A stretch of DNA of 64,000 nucleotides, from the NCBI GenBank assembly GCA_963844715.1, contig CAWJPJ010000004.1, positions 1 to 64,000 of the forward strand, written 5' to 3'. The translations under genes and the position numbers were made by a program. This DNA comes from an uncultured Phycisphaerales bacterium (lineage in GTDB: Bacteria; Planctomycetota; Phycisphaerae; Tepidisphaerales; Tepidisphaeraceae). Below are positions 1-9,539 of this stretch, in pieces (position 1 is the stretch's first letter; every line of letters begins with the position of its first letter). The notes below the pieces were generated by a model. The model was not told the DNA's origin. It did no database searches and worked only from the letters and a program-made list of their open reading frames with translations.

Positions 1-1025
1 AGCATTTCCCATTTTAAACTAGCGCCATCGATGCTGTTTTGCTAATCTCCGATTCAACAAGGAGGTTGCCATGGCATCGCAAACCGCTCTGACCCGTCGA
101 TGGATCATGTCGGCGTATCGTGCCGGCAAAGGCACGAAGGAGATTTCCGCGATCTTCGGCCGATGCGAGTCGGCCGTCCGCCGCGTGCGACAGGATGAAC
201 GTGAACGGGGGACGGCCGAACCGCTGCTTCATCTTCGTGGCCGCAAGGGGAAGTTGACCGGCGAGTTGAAGACTCGTTTGAGTCGGTTCGTGGCCGCCCG
301 GCCGGATGCCACGCTCAACGAGATCAAAGAGAAGTTGGCGCTGGACGTGTCGCTGTCGACGGTCGACCGTTGGCTCAGGAAGCTGGGCCTCTCCTTTAAA
401 AAAAGTCTCTCCACGCGTCCGAGCAGGATCGGCCCGACGTCGCCGCCGCGCGGACGCAGTGGCGTCGGCGGCTGAAGGACGTCGATCCCGAGCGTCTTGT
501 TTTTGTGGATGAATCCGGGGCCAAGACGAACTTCACCCGATTGCGTGGCCGGTGCGGCCGCGGCGAACGGTTGTTGTGCAAGACCCCGGCCGGACACTGG
601 AGCACGACCACCATGATCGCCGCGGTTCGGCTCGACGGCGCGACCGCCGGCGCGATTGTTCAAGGGGCGATGGACAGCGATGTTTTTGTCGCCTGGGTGC
701 GTGAAGCGCTCGTGCCCAGCCTGCGAAGCGGGGACATCGTGGTGATGGACAATTTGCAGCCGCACAAACATTCAGAAGTGCGACGCCTGATCGAAGCCGC
801 CGGCTGCGAACTGTGGTTGCTGCCACCCTACTCGCCGGATTTGAATCCGATCGAGATGATGTGGAGCAAAGCGAAGCAACTGATCCGCTCGGCGGAGCCC
901 AGAACGTTCGACACCTTGGTCCGGGCTGTGTTCGCGGCAATGGACGCCGTTACGACCGAAGATGCCGCGGGATTTTTCCGCCATTGCGGTTACCGCCAGC
1001 CGCTAGTTTAATTTGGGAAATGCTC
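1..1025 (+). mobile_element. IS630-family insertion sequence (left end clipped by the window edge)
   Basis: Terminal inverted repeats agcatttcccattttaaactagcg (1-24) and cgctagtttaatttgggaaatgct (1001-1024), 22/24 match; TA follows at 1026-1027, the IS630 target; encloses HTH and DDE ORFs. Confidence 0.93.
71..1011 (+). CDS. IS630 transposase, orfA (HTH) plus orfB (DDE) joined by a -1 frameshift
   Basis: orfA has a winged HTH (PDATLNEI...SLSTVDRWL); orfB has VFVDES, VVMDNL and LPPYSPDLNPIE; A7G run at 398-405 joins the frames. Confidence 0.92.
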
Positions 1026-1154
1026 TAAATCGGGCTGTTGCGCAGACGGGGCAGCCTTGGCAGGGGAACCCTCCTTGACACTTTCCCCTCTTTTCCAGGC
1101 CGAGATTCTAGTGAAACACGGTGTAGATTTAGACCTGACCCGTTATGAGGTGGG

Positions 1155-1808
1155 CTATAGCTTGCGGACCGAGCGAAGCGGATCCTGCTTGGCCGCCTGA
1201 ACGAAAGCCGCCTCGCGGGCCCGGCATCCCCGGCAGGCCCAGCACGGCTCGCTGGTCTCTTCCGAACAGCTCCACGTCCGCTCCAGCGGCGCGGCGATCT
1301 GAAACGCCACGTCGACCACCTGCCACGGCTCCAGTTCCAGCAGCGGCGTTTGATATTCCAACTCCGCCTGCCCGCAAGGAAGCTGCAGCAGTTCGTTCCA
1401 GATTTGGAAGTACTCCGTCACCTGCGTCAATTCATCCGCATTCGGGCCGACGCGGCTGCCGACGTAAATTGCCCCCGCCTGATGCTGCACCGCGAAACGC
1501 GCGGCGGCGGCGAGCATGGGCAGAAGTTCCAGCATCTGCGGACCCAGCGGCGAGCCTTGCCGCGGATCGGCCATCGCGCTGGCGGTTTGAGCTTGCATCC
1601 CGCCGGCGTAACTCAGCGATATCGTGTATTCCCGATACGGCTTGAAATGGGCGACCTGCTGCTCGAACGCGGCACGCCGCCGACCGACCGGGTCGGAGCC
1701 CATATCCGCGTAGATCATGACCGGCCGATATTTCTGCGCCGCCATCGCCGTAACCACGGCGCTGTTGATGCTTCCGTTGTTCAGGACGATGGCGAGATCT
1801 TTGGCCAC
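1155..1808 (-). CDS. QueC-like (7-cyano-7-deazaguanine synthase family) protein with divergent PP-loop
   Basis: C-terminal TWSC-x7-CWACRGC Zn motif and typical QueC length; N-terminal AIVLNNGSINS instead of SGGLDS. Confidence 0.75.
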   Translation of the reverse strand: MAKDLAIVLNNGSINSAVVTAMAAQKYRPVMIYADMGSDPVGRRRAAFEQQVAHFKPYREYTISLSYAGGMQAQTASAMADPRQGSPLGPQMLELLPMLAAAARFAVQHQAGAIYVGSRVGPNADELTQVTEYFQIWNELLQLPCGQAELEYQTPLLELEPWQVVDVAFQIAAPLERTWSCSEETSEPCWACRGCRAREAAFVQAAKQDPLRSVRKL

Positions 1809-1821
1809 GGTTCACTCTCCA

Positions 1822-2796
1822 TTATTCCATGGTCAGCAGAACTTTCAAAACCCCGGGCGCCCGGCCAGTTCCATCGCCTCGACCCCTTGCTCGAGTCGCA
1901 TTCTTCGGTAGATCAGGCTTGCCACGTCGATTTCCTTCTCCGCCAGCGCTCGAATCGCTTCCCTGAAGCTGCCGCACGCGATCCCAGGACCGCAATTTCG
2001 TCGATCACCAGCGGGGCCAGATTGATGGGTTTGGACGCCGCCACCGTGCTTTTGAGCACGATCGTTCCGCGCGGGCGGACCATTTGCATCGCCATTTCGA
2101 ATCCTGCCGGGCTTCCCGTGCATTCGACCACAACATCCTGATCGTGCCGCGGCACGATATCGTCCGCCAGGCGGCTGCGTATTTGCCACTTTTCGCACAG
2201 CGCCAGCTTTTCGGCGTGCTTGCCGATGACCCGAACCGGAATCCCGACGTTTCGCAGCACCTGCGCCACCAGCAACCCGAGCCGCCCGTCTCCCAAGACC
2301 GTCACCCATTTGCGCGAACGCGACGAGTCCACCTTCACATCCAGCTTGAGCTGCTTTTGCACCTGAATCGCCGCCGCCAGGGGCTCGACGAACACCGCCG
2401 TGTCGTCGTCCACGGTCGCCGGAAGCACGTGCAGGTTCACCGACGGCAAGCGCACGAATTCCGCGAACGCCCCGTCGTGCTTCAGCATGCCCACAACCGA
2501 GCGGGCCCGGCAATGACTCGCCAGCCCGGACAGGCACAAGTCGCAACGCCCGCAAACGATGTTGATTTCACCGACGACGCGCTGCCCGACGAGATCGCTC
2601 TTGGCCGCGGAAACGACTTCGCCGACAAACTCGTGGCCGAGGACCCCGGTGAATCCCATGTACCCGCGGGTGATTTCCAGATCGGTCGCGCAGATTCCCG
2701 CCTGTCTGACGCGCAAAGAGCGTCCCCGTCGCTGGGCGGCGGGTCCGGATGTCGGGGCCGGAAGGAAAGCGAATCTTGAAAGACCAGGGCCCGCAT
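1822..2796 (-). CDS. Zn-dependent alcohol dehydrogenase (MDR family), split by frameshifts
   Basis: GICATD, GHEFVG, CGRCDLC-x7-C, GDGRLG Rossmann motif; MRALVF start and GVLKVLL end in neighbouring frames. Confidence 0.88.
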
Positions 2797-2803
2797 GTTT
2801 GCC

Positions 2804-3782
2804 TTACTCCGGCGTCCCCGCCTGCGCGAAATATCCGAGCCAGGCCTGCTTGTCGTAGCGATAGTCCTGCCCGCTGATCAGGGCCAGGCTTTGCCTCGCC
2901 TGCCAGGCCAGGCCGAAATTGCGATCGTCCAGAACATCCACCAGCGCGCTGATCACTTTCCCATCACTGAAATTCCGCAGCGCATCGGCACAGGAAATCT
3001 TCACATCGGGCGAAATATCCTCGCGCATGTGTTCGATCAGATCGTCGATGGTCGACGGATCGGGAATATTCCCCAGCGCGTCCGCCGCCTGAAGCCGGAC
3101 GAGCGGCTCCGAGTCATCCAGATTTTTGAGATACAGGGCCGTGTAATTCGGCCCCATGGCCCGCGAGCGGTTCAGGGCCCGGATCGCGGCCGCCCGAACG
3201 GTGTAATCTTCATCGCGGGCCAGCCGGCGATAAACCGTCAGACTCGATCCCCGCCGCGCAAATTCAAAATCGCACAACCGCAGGATTCCCGCGCCGTTCG
3301 TCGGGCGACGTCGGATCGAAAATCTTCCGCGCCGCGGTGGCCGCATTATCGTGGCTGAAATATTCCGAAATCTTCGCAATCGGGTGCCCGATCAGGGCGT
3401 CAAATCCAATAGCGATCACTTCAAACGGCGTGCGATAAATCGGAATCACCCGCTTGTCTTCCCCGGCGATCCGCTGTTCGTTGGTCAGCCTTGCATCGTT
3501 GTACGGCCCCTTGTCGATGAACCCGGTCGGAAAGTTGTCCCGAATATCGCTGCCGCACCCGCCCAGCGCGAGAACGAGCAACGCCAGCGAAATTGCCGCC
3601 GCGCCCCTTGCCGAAGGGCTTTCCGTATTCTTCCCTCTCCCGGTACTCCGGGGGAGGGTGAGGGAGGGGGTCTTAATCCCCTCTCCCCATGTAATCGTGG
3701 GGAGAGGGCAAGGGTGAGGGGCCGTATTTAGTCCGGCGTCCTCAGCCGAACGCAATTCACGCCCACGCCGACAAAAGTCCAT
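2804..3782 (-). CDS. HEAT-repeat lipoprotein (frameshifted near 3310)
   Basis: Lipobox LALGGC; HEAT repeats (VRAAAIRAL, VRLQAADALG, VKISCADAL); ATG at 3782 preceded by GAGGAA overlapping the murI stop. Confidence 0.75.
3633..3722. repeat. Two tandem REP-like palindromic elements (CCCTCTCCC..GTA..GGGAGAGGG..AGGG.GAGGGG type)
   Basis: ccctctcccggtactccgggggagggtgagggaggggg and cccctctccccatgtaatcgtggggagagggcaagggtgagggg; related copies at 4694 and 9224. Confidence 0.8.
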
Positions 3783-3792
3783 TTGCTGTTCC

Positions 3793-4662
3793 TCAAGCGC
3801 TGACCCGCAACGCATCCGACTCGCCCGTCTCATACTCCCGCGGCTCGACCAGCACCGGCGGCTCGATCGGCATGCGCAGAAATCTCGACGCCAGCGTCGC
3901 GAACCGGTCCGGGTCATCGGATACGAATCCCCGGAAGGATCCGGTCAATTCGTCCTCGGGCGTGCGGAGCAGTTGCTTACGCCGCAATCGCAGCGCGACA
4001 TCTTCGGCGCACTGCTCGGCCGAGTCAATCAGTTTGACCTTCGGCCCGGCGACCCGAGCGATGGCGCGCCCAATGAGGGGATAATGCGTGCACCCCAGAA
4101 CCAGCACGTCCAGCTTATGGGAAAGCATCCCCCGCAAATATTGCCTCAGAGCCATGTCCAATAGGGGATCATCCATCCCGCGCCCTTCTTCGATGATGGG
4201 CACCAGCAGCGGCGTGGCCCGCAGCAGCACCCGCGCCATGCTTCGCCGCCGAAGGATCGCCCGGCCGTAGGCTTTGGATCGGATGGTTGCCTCCGTGGCG
4301 ATGACGCCGATGACCGGCAGCGGCTTCGCTCCCGCCGCCGCGACCGCCGCCCGCGCCCCCGGCTCGATGACGCCGCTGACGCTCAATCCCGGAAATGCCT
4401 GAACGATCGCCGGCAGCGCCAGCGCCGTCGCCGTGTTGCAGGCGATCACGACGTGCTTCGGTCCCAGCGGCTGCAGGAATCGAATGATCTGCCGCACAAA
4501 ACCGAACACGGTGGTAGGGGACTTGTTCCCATACGGCAGGCTGCGCCGTATCCCCAAAGTAAATGAGATCCTCCGCCGGCAAACCCCGCCGCAGCGCCCC
4601 GCAACGGTGAGCCCGCCCAACCCGCTATCAATCACAGCAATTGGCCCGGAACGATTAATCAT
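3793..4662 (-). CDS. murI: Glutamate racemase (compensating frameshifts near the 5' end)
   Basis: DSGLGGLTV, PYG, IACNTAT and LGCTHYP motifs. Confidence 0.93.
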   Translation of the reverse strand: MINRSGPIAVIDSGLGGLTVAGRCGGVCRRRISFTLGIRRSLPYGNKSPTTVFGFVRQIIRFLQPLGPKHVVIACNTATALALPAIVQAFPGLSVSGVIEPGARAAVAAAGAKPLPVIGVIATEATIRSKAYGRAILRRRSMARVLLRATPLLVPIIEEGRGMDDPLLDMALRQYLRGMLSHKLDVLVLGCTHYPLIGRAIARVAGPKVKLIDSAEQCAEDVALRLRRKQLLRTPEDELTGSFRGFVSDDPDRFATLASRFLRMPIEPPVLVEPREYETGESDALRVSA

Positions 4663-4693
4663 CGGCGACTACTTCGGAACGCATCGCTCATCT

Positions 4694-4732
4694 CCCTCTG
4701 CCAGTACTCTGGGGGAGGGTAGGGTGGGGGTC
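4694..4732. repeat. REP-like palindromic element
   Basis: ccctctgccagtactctgggggagggtagggtggggg, same family as the 3633 and 9224 copies. Confidence 0.7.
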
Positions 4733-4871
4733 TTCTTTTCCCTCCCACTCAAAGCGCACTCCGCCTTGTCACCGGTTATCGGACCAAACCCCGTTTTTTC
4801 TTGACATTTTCCACGCCCGGGGCAGATTGGAGTACGCTTCCGGGGGCGAAGTGTGTTTTTTGGAGGCAATT

Positions 4872-5267
4872 ATGAATGCGATCCTGGGCGGCAAGCGAGT
4901 TTTATTGGTGGACGACGATCCCGACATTTTAACCAGCATGCAAGCCGCGTTTGAACCCACGGGCGCGGTCATCGAAACCGCGAACAACGGAAACACCGCC
5001 GTCGCGCTCGCCGAGAAGAATCAGCCCGACCTGGTCATCCTGGACATGATGCTCCCCGGCCGCAGCGGATTCATGGTTCTAGAGAAGATCAAGGCCCACA
5101 AGCCGCGCAATTCCAAGCCCTATGTGATCATGATCACGGGCAACACCGGCGCCCGCCACAAGATGTTCGCCGAGAGCCAGGGCGTGAGCGAATATTTCAC
5201 CAAGCCTGTGAAGCTGGACAAACTGATTGCCGCGGCGGAAAAACTGATGGGGGCCCCGGCGGCGTGA
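4872..5267 (+). CDS. Single-domain response regulator (receiver)
   Basis: VLLVDDD, LVILDMMLP, MITG and KP motifs; GGAGG RBS. Confidence 0.92.
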   Translation: MNAILGGKRVLLVDDDPDILTSMQAAFEPTGAVIETANNGNTAVALAEKNQPDLVILDMMLPGRSGFMVLEKIKAHKPRNSKPYVIMITGNTGARHKMFAESQGVSEYFTKPVKLDKLIAAAEKLMGAPAA

Positions 5268-5325
5268 TGCGCACCTGCCGCCGCGAGCATCGTTGATGTG
5301 CATCCGCCCCGGGCAAACAGCATTA

Positions 5326-5415
5326 GCACGGAGGCCACAGAGCACACAGAGGACACAGAGAAATTCCAATCAAGAAATTTCTCTGTGATCTCTGCGTCCT
5401 CTGTGCTCTCTGTGC
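5326..5415. repeat. Palindromic element built from 9-nt units (CACAGAGNN x4 / NNCTCTGTG x4)
   Basis: cacggaggc cacagagca cacagagga cacagagaa ... ttctctgtg atctctgcg tcctctgtg ctctctgtg; lies between convergent gene ends. Confidence 0.8.
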
Positions 5416-5453
5416 CAGTTCTTTTAGATGCGCAGTGCGACTGAATCGCATGT

Positions 5454-6655
5454 CTACTCGTACCGCAGCGCTTCCACGGGATCGAGCTTTGATGCTCGCC
5501 GCGCCGGATAGAATCCGAAGAACACGCCTACGGCGGCCGCGAATCCCAGCGAAAGCACGATGCTCGACGGCTGTACCGCCGTGTGGAACACGGTTAGATG
5601 CTCCACGAGCCATGCCACGCCCACTCCCAGAAACACGCCGGTCACGCCGCCGACGCAACTGATGATGATCGACTCGATGAGAAACTGCAGCATAATGTCG
5701 AATTCTCTCGCTCCCACCGCGCGTCGGACGCCGATCTCGCGGGTCCTTTCGGCGACGCTGGCGAGCATGATGTTCATGATTCCCACGCCGCCGACTAGAA
5801 GCGAAATCGTCGCCACGGAGCCGAGGAGGATCGCGGCGGTTGCGCTCCACTGATTCACCGTGTCGATGAAGCGGGCCTGGTTGTAAACGTGTACGTCGTC
5901 CGGATCGCCGGGCAGAATCTTGTGCCGATTGCGCAGGGTCTCGACCAGCTCGTGCTCGACGGCGACCAGGTCCGACCCATCCTCGGCCTCCACGACGATC
6001 GCCTCCAGGGATGAGGTCCCCATCAGCGCGTGCATGGCCGTCGTGTAGGGAACCAGGATTTCCTTCTCGGAGAATCCCAGATCTCCGCCGCGATTTTTCA
6101 CTAGGCCGACGACGCGGAAGCGCAATCCCTGAATCTTGATGATCTTTCCAACCGGGTCGCTTTCGCCGAACAGGGCGGTCGCGGTCGCCTGGGTGAGGAC
6201 CGCGACGTGTGCCGAGTCGTCCACGTCGTCGTCGCTGAAGTCCGCCCCGTGGTCGAACTGGTAATTGTCGATCGCCAGGAGCGTCGGCGCGGCGCCGAGC
6301 ACATCGGCGTTGATGTTGTGATTCAGATATTTCGACTGCATGTCGTTTTCCACTAGCGGCGACACCGCCACCACGTGCGGGACATCGCACAGGGCGTATG
6401 CATCGTCCGCCGTGAGGTTCTGCTCGGTGCCGCTGATCACGCCGCCGCTGCCGCGTGCGCGGGAACGATGGTGAGCTGATTGGCCCCGAACGATTTGATG
6501 CGTCCCAGCGCCCAGGTATGAAATCCGCTGACGATCGCCAGCATCGCGATCACCGCCGCCACGCCCACGATCACGCCGAGCACGGACAGCAGCGAGCGCA
6601 GCTTGTTCGCCAGCAGGCTTTTGAACGCGACCTTGATGATCATGCGAAAGAGCAT
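5454..6655 (-). CDS. ABC transporter permease, MacB/FtsX family (frameshifted)
   Basis: NKLRSLLSVLGVIVGVAAVI start; GGVGIMNIMLASVAERTREIGVRRAVGA; FYPARRASKLDPVEALRYE end. Confidence 0.92.
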
Positions 6656-6673
6656 GCGATTTTGCCAACGCCC

Positions 6674-8167
6674 CTAGTTGGATGAGTCGTCGCCGTTGTC
6701 ATCCGACGAATCGTCCGAATTCTTGCCCGATTTTTTCTTGTTCGACTTGTCCTTGTCGGAATTCTTCTTCTTTCCGTCGCCGGAGGAGGCGGAGGAATCG
6801 TCCGTCGTCGAGCCGTCTTTCTTATTCTTGGCCGAGGATTTGTCTTTCGATTGGTGCTTGGCCGCGCCGGCGCTCTTGCCGTGCGTGCCGGTCCATTTGC
6901 TCTCGGCGTCATTGTGATGGGCCAGCACTTTATCCCCGGCACTCAGGCCCGAGATGATCTCGGCGTTGTCCCCGTCGTCGATGCCGACTTCAACTTCGCG
7001 ATCCTCGTTCTTGCTGCCGTCTTTTACGACCGTCACCCAGGTTTTGTCGTCCTTGTCAAAAAGCGACAGCATCGGCGCCATGACCACGTTCTTTTTCGTC
7101 GCCTCAACGATCTCGACATCCGCGCTCATTTCCGGGCGAAGCAGGTCCTTGTCGTCATCCGTCACTTCGATCTTCACTTCAAACGTCACCACGTTGCGCG
7201 TCGATTCCCCTTGGGGCGCGATGCGGACGACGGTGCCCGAAAACGTGCGGCGCGGGAACGCGTCGGCCGTGATCGTGCAACTTTGCCCCAGTTCCACGCC
7301 TCCCACGTCCGCTTCATCCACGGACGCCAGGACGAAAATTCGCGAGAGATCGGACAGGGTCATCACGGTCGTTCCCCCAACGATGGATGTGGCGGAGGAG
7401 ATGATCGATCCCTTTTGCGTTTCAAGATCGGAGATGATCCCATCCTGCGGCGCGGCGACGGTTGTATAGGTGAGTTGCAGATTCGCGTTATCCACGGCCG
7501 TTTGGTCCAGCTCCATCTGCTGCTCGGCTTGTTTTACCTGCTCGCGCTTCGAGTCCAGGTCGACGCTCTGCCTGACCAGTTCGCGCTGGGCGATCAGGGC
7601 GGTTTGATAGTCGTCCTCCGCCGAGGCGGCATCGGTCTCGGCGGTTTCATAATCTTCGGGCGAAGCCAATTTCTGCGCGAGCAAATCCCCTTGCCGATCC
7701 GCTTTTTTGCGGAGGTTTTCCGAGCGGACCTTTTGCATCTGCACGTCCGCCGCGGCTTTGTCGGTGGAGGTCGCCAGGTCCAGTTCCGCCATGCGCACGG
7801 TCTTTTTCGCGACTTCCAATCTCGACCGATCCTCATCGAGCGTAAGCTGCGCTTCGCGGAGCGCGACCAGTTCGTCGGAGGGGTCGAGCTTCAGAAGGAC
7901 TTCCCCCTTTTTGACCTGGTCGCCGATGTCAAATGGGAGTTCGATGACTTCCCCGCTGGCCTGGCAGCGGATGTCGATGTCCAGATTGGAAGAAACGGTT
8001 CCGGCGGCGGCCACCTGATGCACCAAATCCCCGCGCGCGATGGTGGCGACGTAGGTGTCGGCCGGCAAATCCTTCCCAGCGGGCGGGTCGTGGAGTTTAT
8101 AGACCACCGCGCCTGCGCCGAGGCACGCGATTGAGACCGCCCCGATGATCAGCCAACGGCGTTTCAA
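6674..8167 (-). CDS. Efflux periplasmic adaptor subunit (MacA/HlyD family) with K/D/S-rich C-terminal tail
   Basis: N-terminal TM after a TTG start at 8167; lipoyl-like GDQVKKGEVL, coiled coil, APQDG, VDEADVG, LRPEMSA. Confidence 0.88.
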   Translation of the reverse strand: MKRRWLIIGAVSIACLGAGAVVYKLHDPPAGKDLPADTYVATIARGDLVHQVAAAGTVSSNLDIDIRCQASGEVIELPFDIGDQVKKGEVLLKLDPSDELVALREAQLTLDEDRSRLEVAKKTVRMAELDLATSTDKAAADVQMQKVRSENLRKKADRQGDLLAQKLASPEDYETAETDAASAEDDYQTALIAQRELVRQSVDLDSKREQVKQAEQQMELDQTAVDNANLQLTYTTVAAPQDGIISDLETQKGSIISSATSIVGGTTVMTLSDLSRIFVLASVDEADVGGVELGQSCTITADAFPRRTFSGTVVRIAPQGESTRNVVTFEVKIEVTDDDKDLLRPEMSADVEIVEATKKNVVMAPMLSLFDKDDKTWVTVVKDGSKNEDREVEVGIDDGDNAEIISGLSAGDKVLAHHNDAESKWTGTHGKSAGAAKHQSKDKSSAKNKKDGSTTDDSSASSGDGKKKNSDKDKSNKKKSGKNSDDSSDDNGDDSSN

Positions 8168-8178
8168 GATGTAACAAC

Positions 8179-9008
8179 CTAGGGCCTGTCTGATGAATCC
8201 AAAATCCTGAAATAGCGACGGATCATGGCGAGCTTGGCCATGGCCTGAAAGTTCACCGCCAGTTTCTCGTAACGCGTGCCCAGGCGGCGATTCTCCTTCA
8301 TCCAATTCACGCAACGCTCCACCACGTTCCGTCGGCGATACGCCTTGCGATCAAAGTTCTCCTGCGGCGGCTGATTCGATTTCGCCGGGATCACCGCTTG
8401 GATTCGGTGGCGACGCAGCCATCGCCGCACATTTCCGTAACTGTATCCCTTGTCGCCCGCCAGCCTCCTGGGGCGACGACGGCGGCGACCGATGCGCATC
8501 GCGTTCATCACCGGCTCCACGTACCGGCTCTCGTGGCATTGGCCGGCGCTGGCCTCGACGGCGAGCGGAACTCCCTGGCCGTCAGTAACCAGGTGGAGCT
8601 TGCTGCCCCACCCGCCTCGGCTGCGGCCCAACGCGTGATCCGCCGGTTCTTCCGGGGCGGTTTTGATTTTCTGGCTCCGGCGGCGGATCGACTGGCTCGC
8701 ACATTGGTGCCGTCGATGCACCACAGGTCCCAGTCGATTCGTCCTTGCTTGTCCAACCTCATCTGCAGCCGCTGGAGGATTCGATCAATCGTTCCGTCCT
8801 TTCTCCAGCGGTTGAAGCGGTCGTAGACGCTTTGCCATCTGCCGTAACGTTCGGGCATCTCGCGCCATTGAGTGCCCGAGTGCAGAATCCAGAACATGCC
8901 GTTGAGCGTGGTGCGGTGGTCGTTCCACTGCCCGCCGCGCTTGCCGTTGCCGGGCAGCAGATCGCCGATCAACTCGTACTGCTCATCCGTGAGCTCATAA
9001 CGTCGCAT
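8179..9008 (-). CDS. IS5-family transposase in two ORFs (-1 frame change near 8665)
   Basis: RRYELTDEQY, WREMPERYGRWQSVYDRF, IDGT; LGRSRGG, GDKGY, YRRRNVVER, TRYEK. Confidence 0.92.
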
Positions 9009-9067
9009 CCGTGACACCTCGTCTGAAAACCGCTATTTATAACCAAAAGCGATTCATCAGACAGGCC
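8183..9067 (-). mobile_element. IS5-family (IS427-like) insertion sequence, 885 bp
   Basis: Perfect 17-bp terminal inverted repeats ggcctgtctgatgaatc (8183-8199 and 9051-9067); CTAG on both sides (8179-8182, 9068-9071). Confidence 0.93.
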
Positions 9068-9223
9068 CTAGTTATATGACGCCGCGGATCAAACCAAGTT
9101 GCAGGAAGGGCGATTGATCGGATTGAGCCGATTCGATGCGACCCGGTCCTGCCCGTGCCTTTCTGCTCTCCCCACGCCCTGATTCGGTTTCCGCAGTAAC
9201 GGGAGGGACCCTCTCCTCTTCCG

Positions 9224-9260
9224 CCTCCCCATGTACTCAGGGGGAGGGTGGGGAGGGGGT
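9224..9260. repeat. REP-like palindromic element
   Basis: cctccccatgtactcagggggagggtggggaggggg, same family as the 3633 and 4694 copies. Confidence 0.7.
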
Positions 9261-9539
9261 TCTGTTTCCCCGCATTTCGAACAATTCCCCCGGCGATCCG
9301 ATTCGCGCCCGTCTGTAACGCCCGTGCCGTCATAAAGGTCATAAACGGACCCGACCCCCGACAGGCCATGGGCGATTTGGTGCAAATCTTCTGTAACCCT
9401 CTTGCACAGCGGCAATTTCCGTCACATCATACTACAGCCGCGGCCGTTCCCGGCCGCGGCGGTAGGGCAAAAAGGGCATTACGCAGCTTCTCGGAGATCC
9501 TGGGTAGGGCTCTCTGGTGTCAGGTAGCGGGGAGAATTC

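Noticed and set aside
1155..2796. QatABCD or CBASS type IV defence locus around the QueC-like gene
   Set aside because: No TatD, ATPase, TGT or CD-NTase neighbours; the context is housekeeping
5326..5415. CRISPR array (also considered at 18922 and 45827)
   Set aside because: Units are 7-9 nt with no unique spacers, and no cas genes are present
8168..8314. N-terminal extension of the efflux adaptor in the ORF track
   Set aside because: It is read out of the IS5 end; the native start is the TTG at 8167
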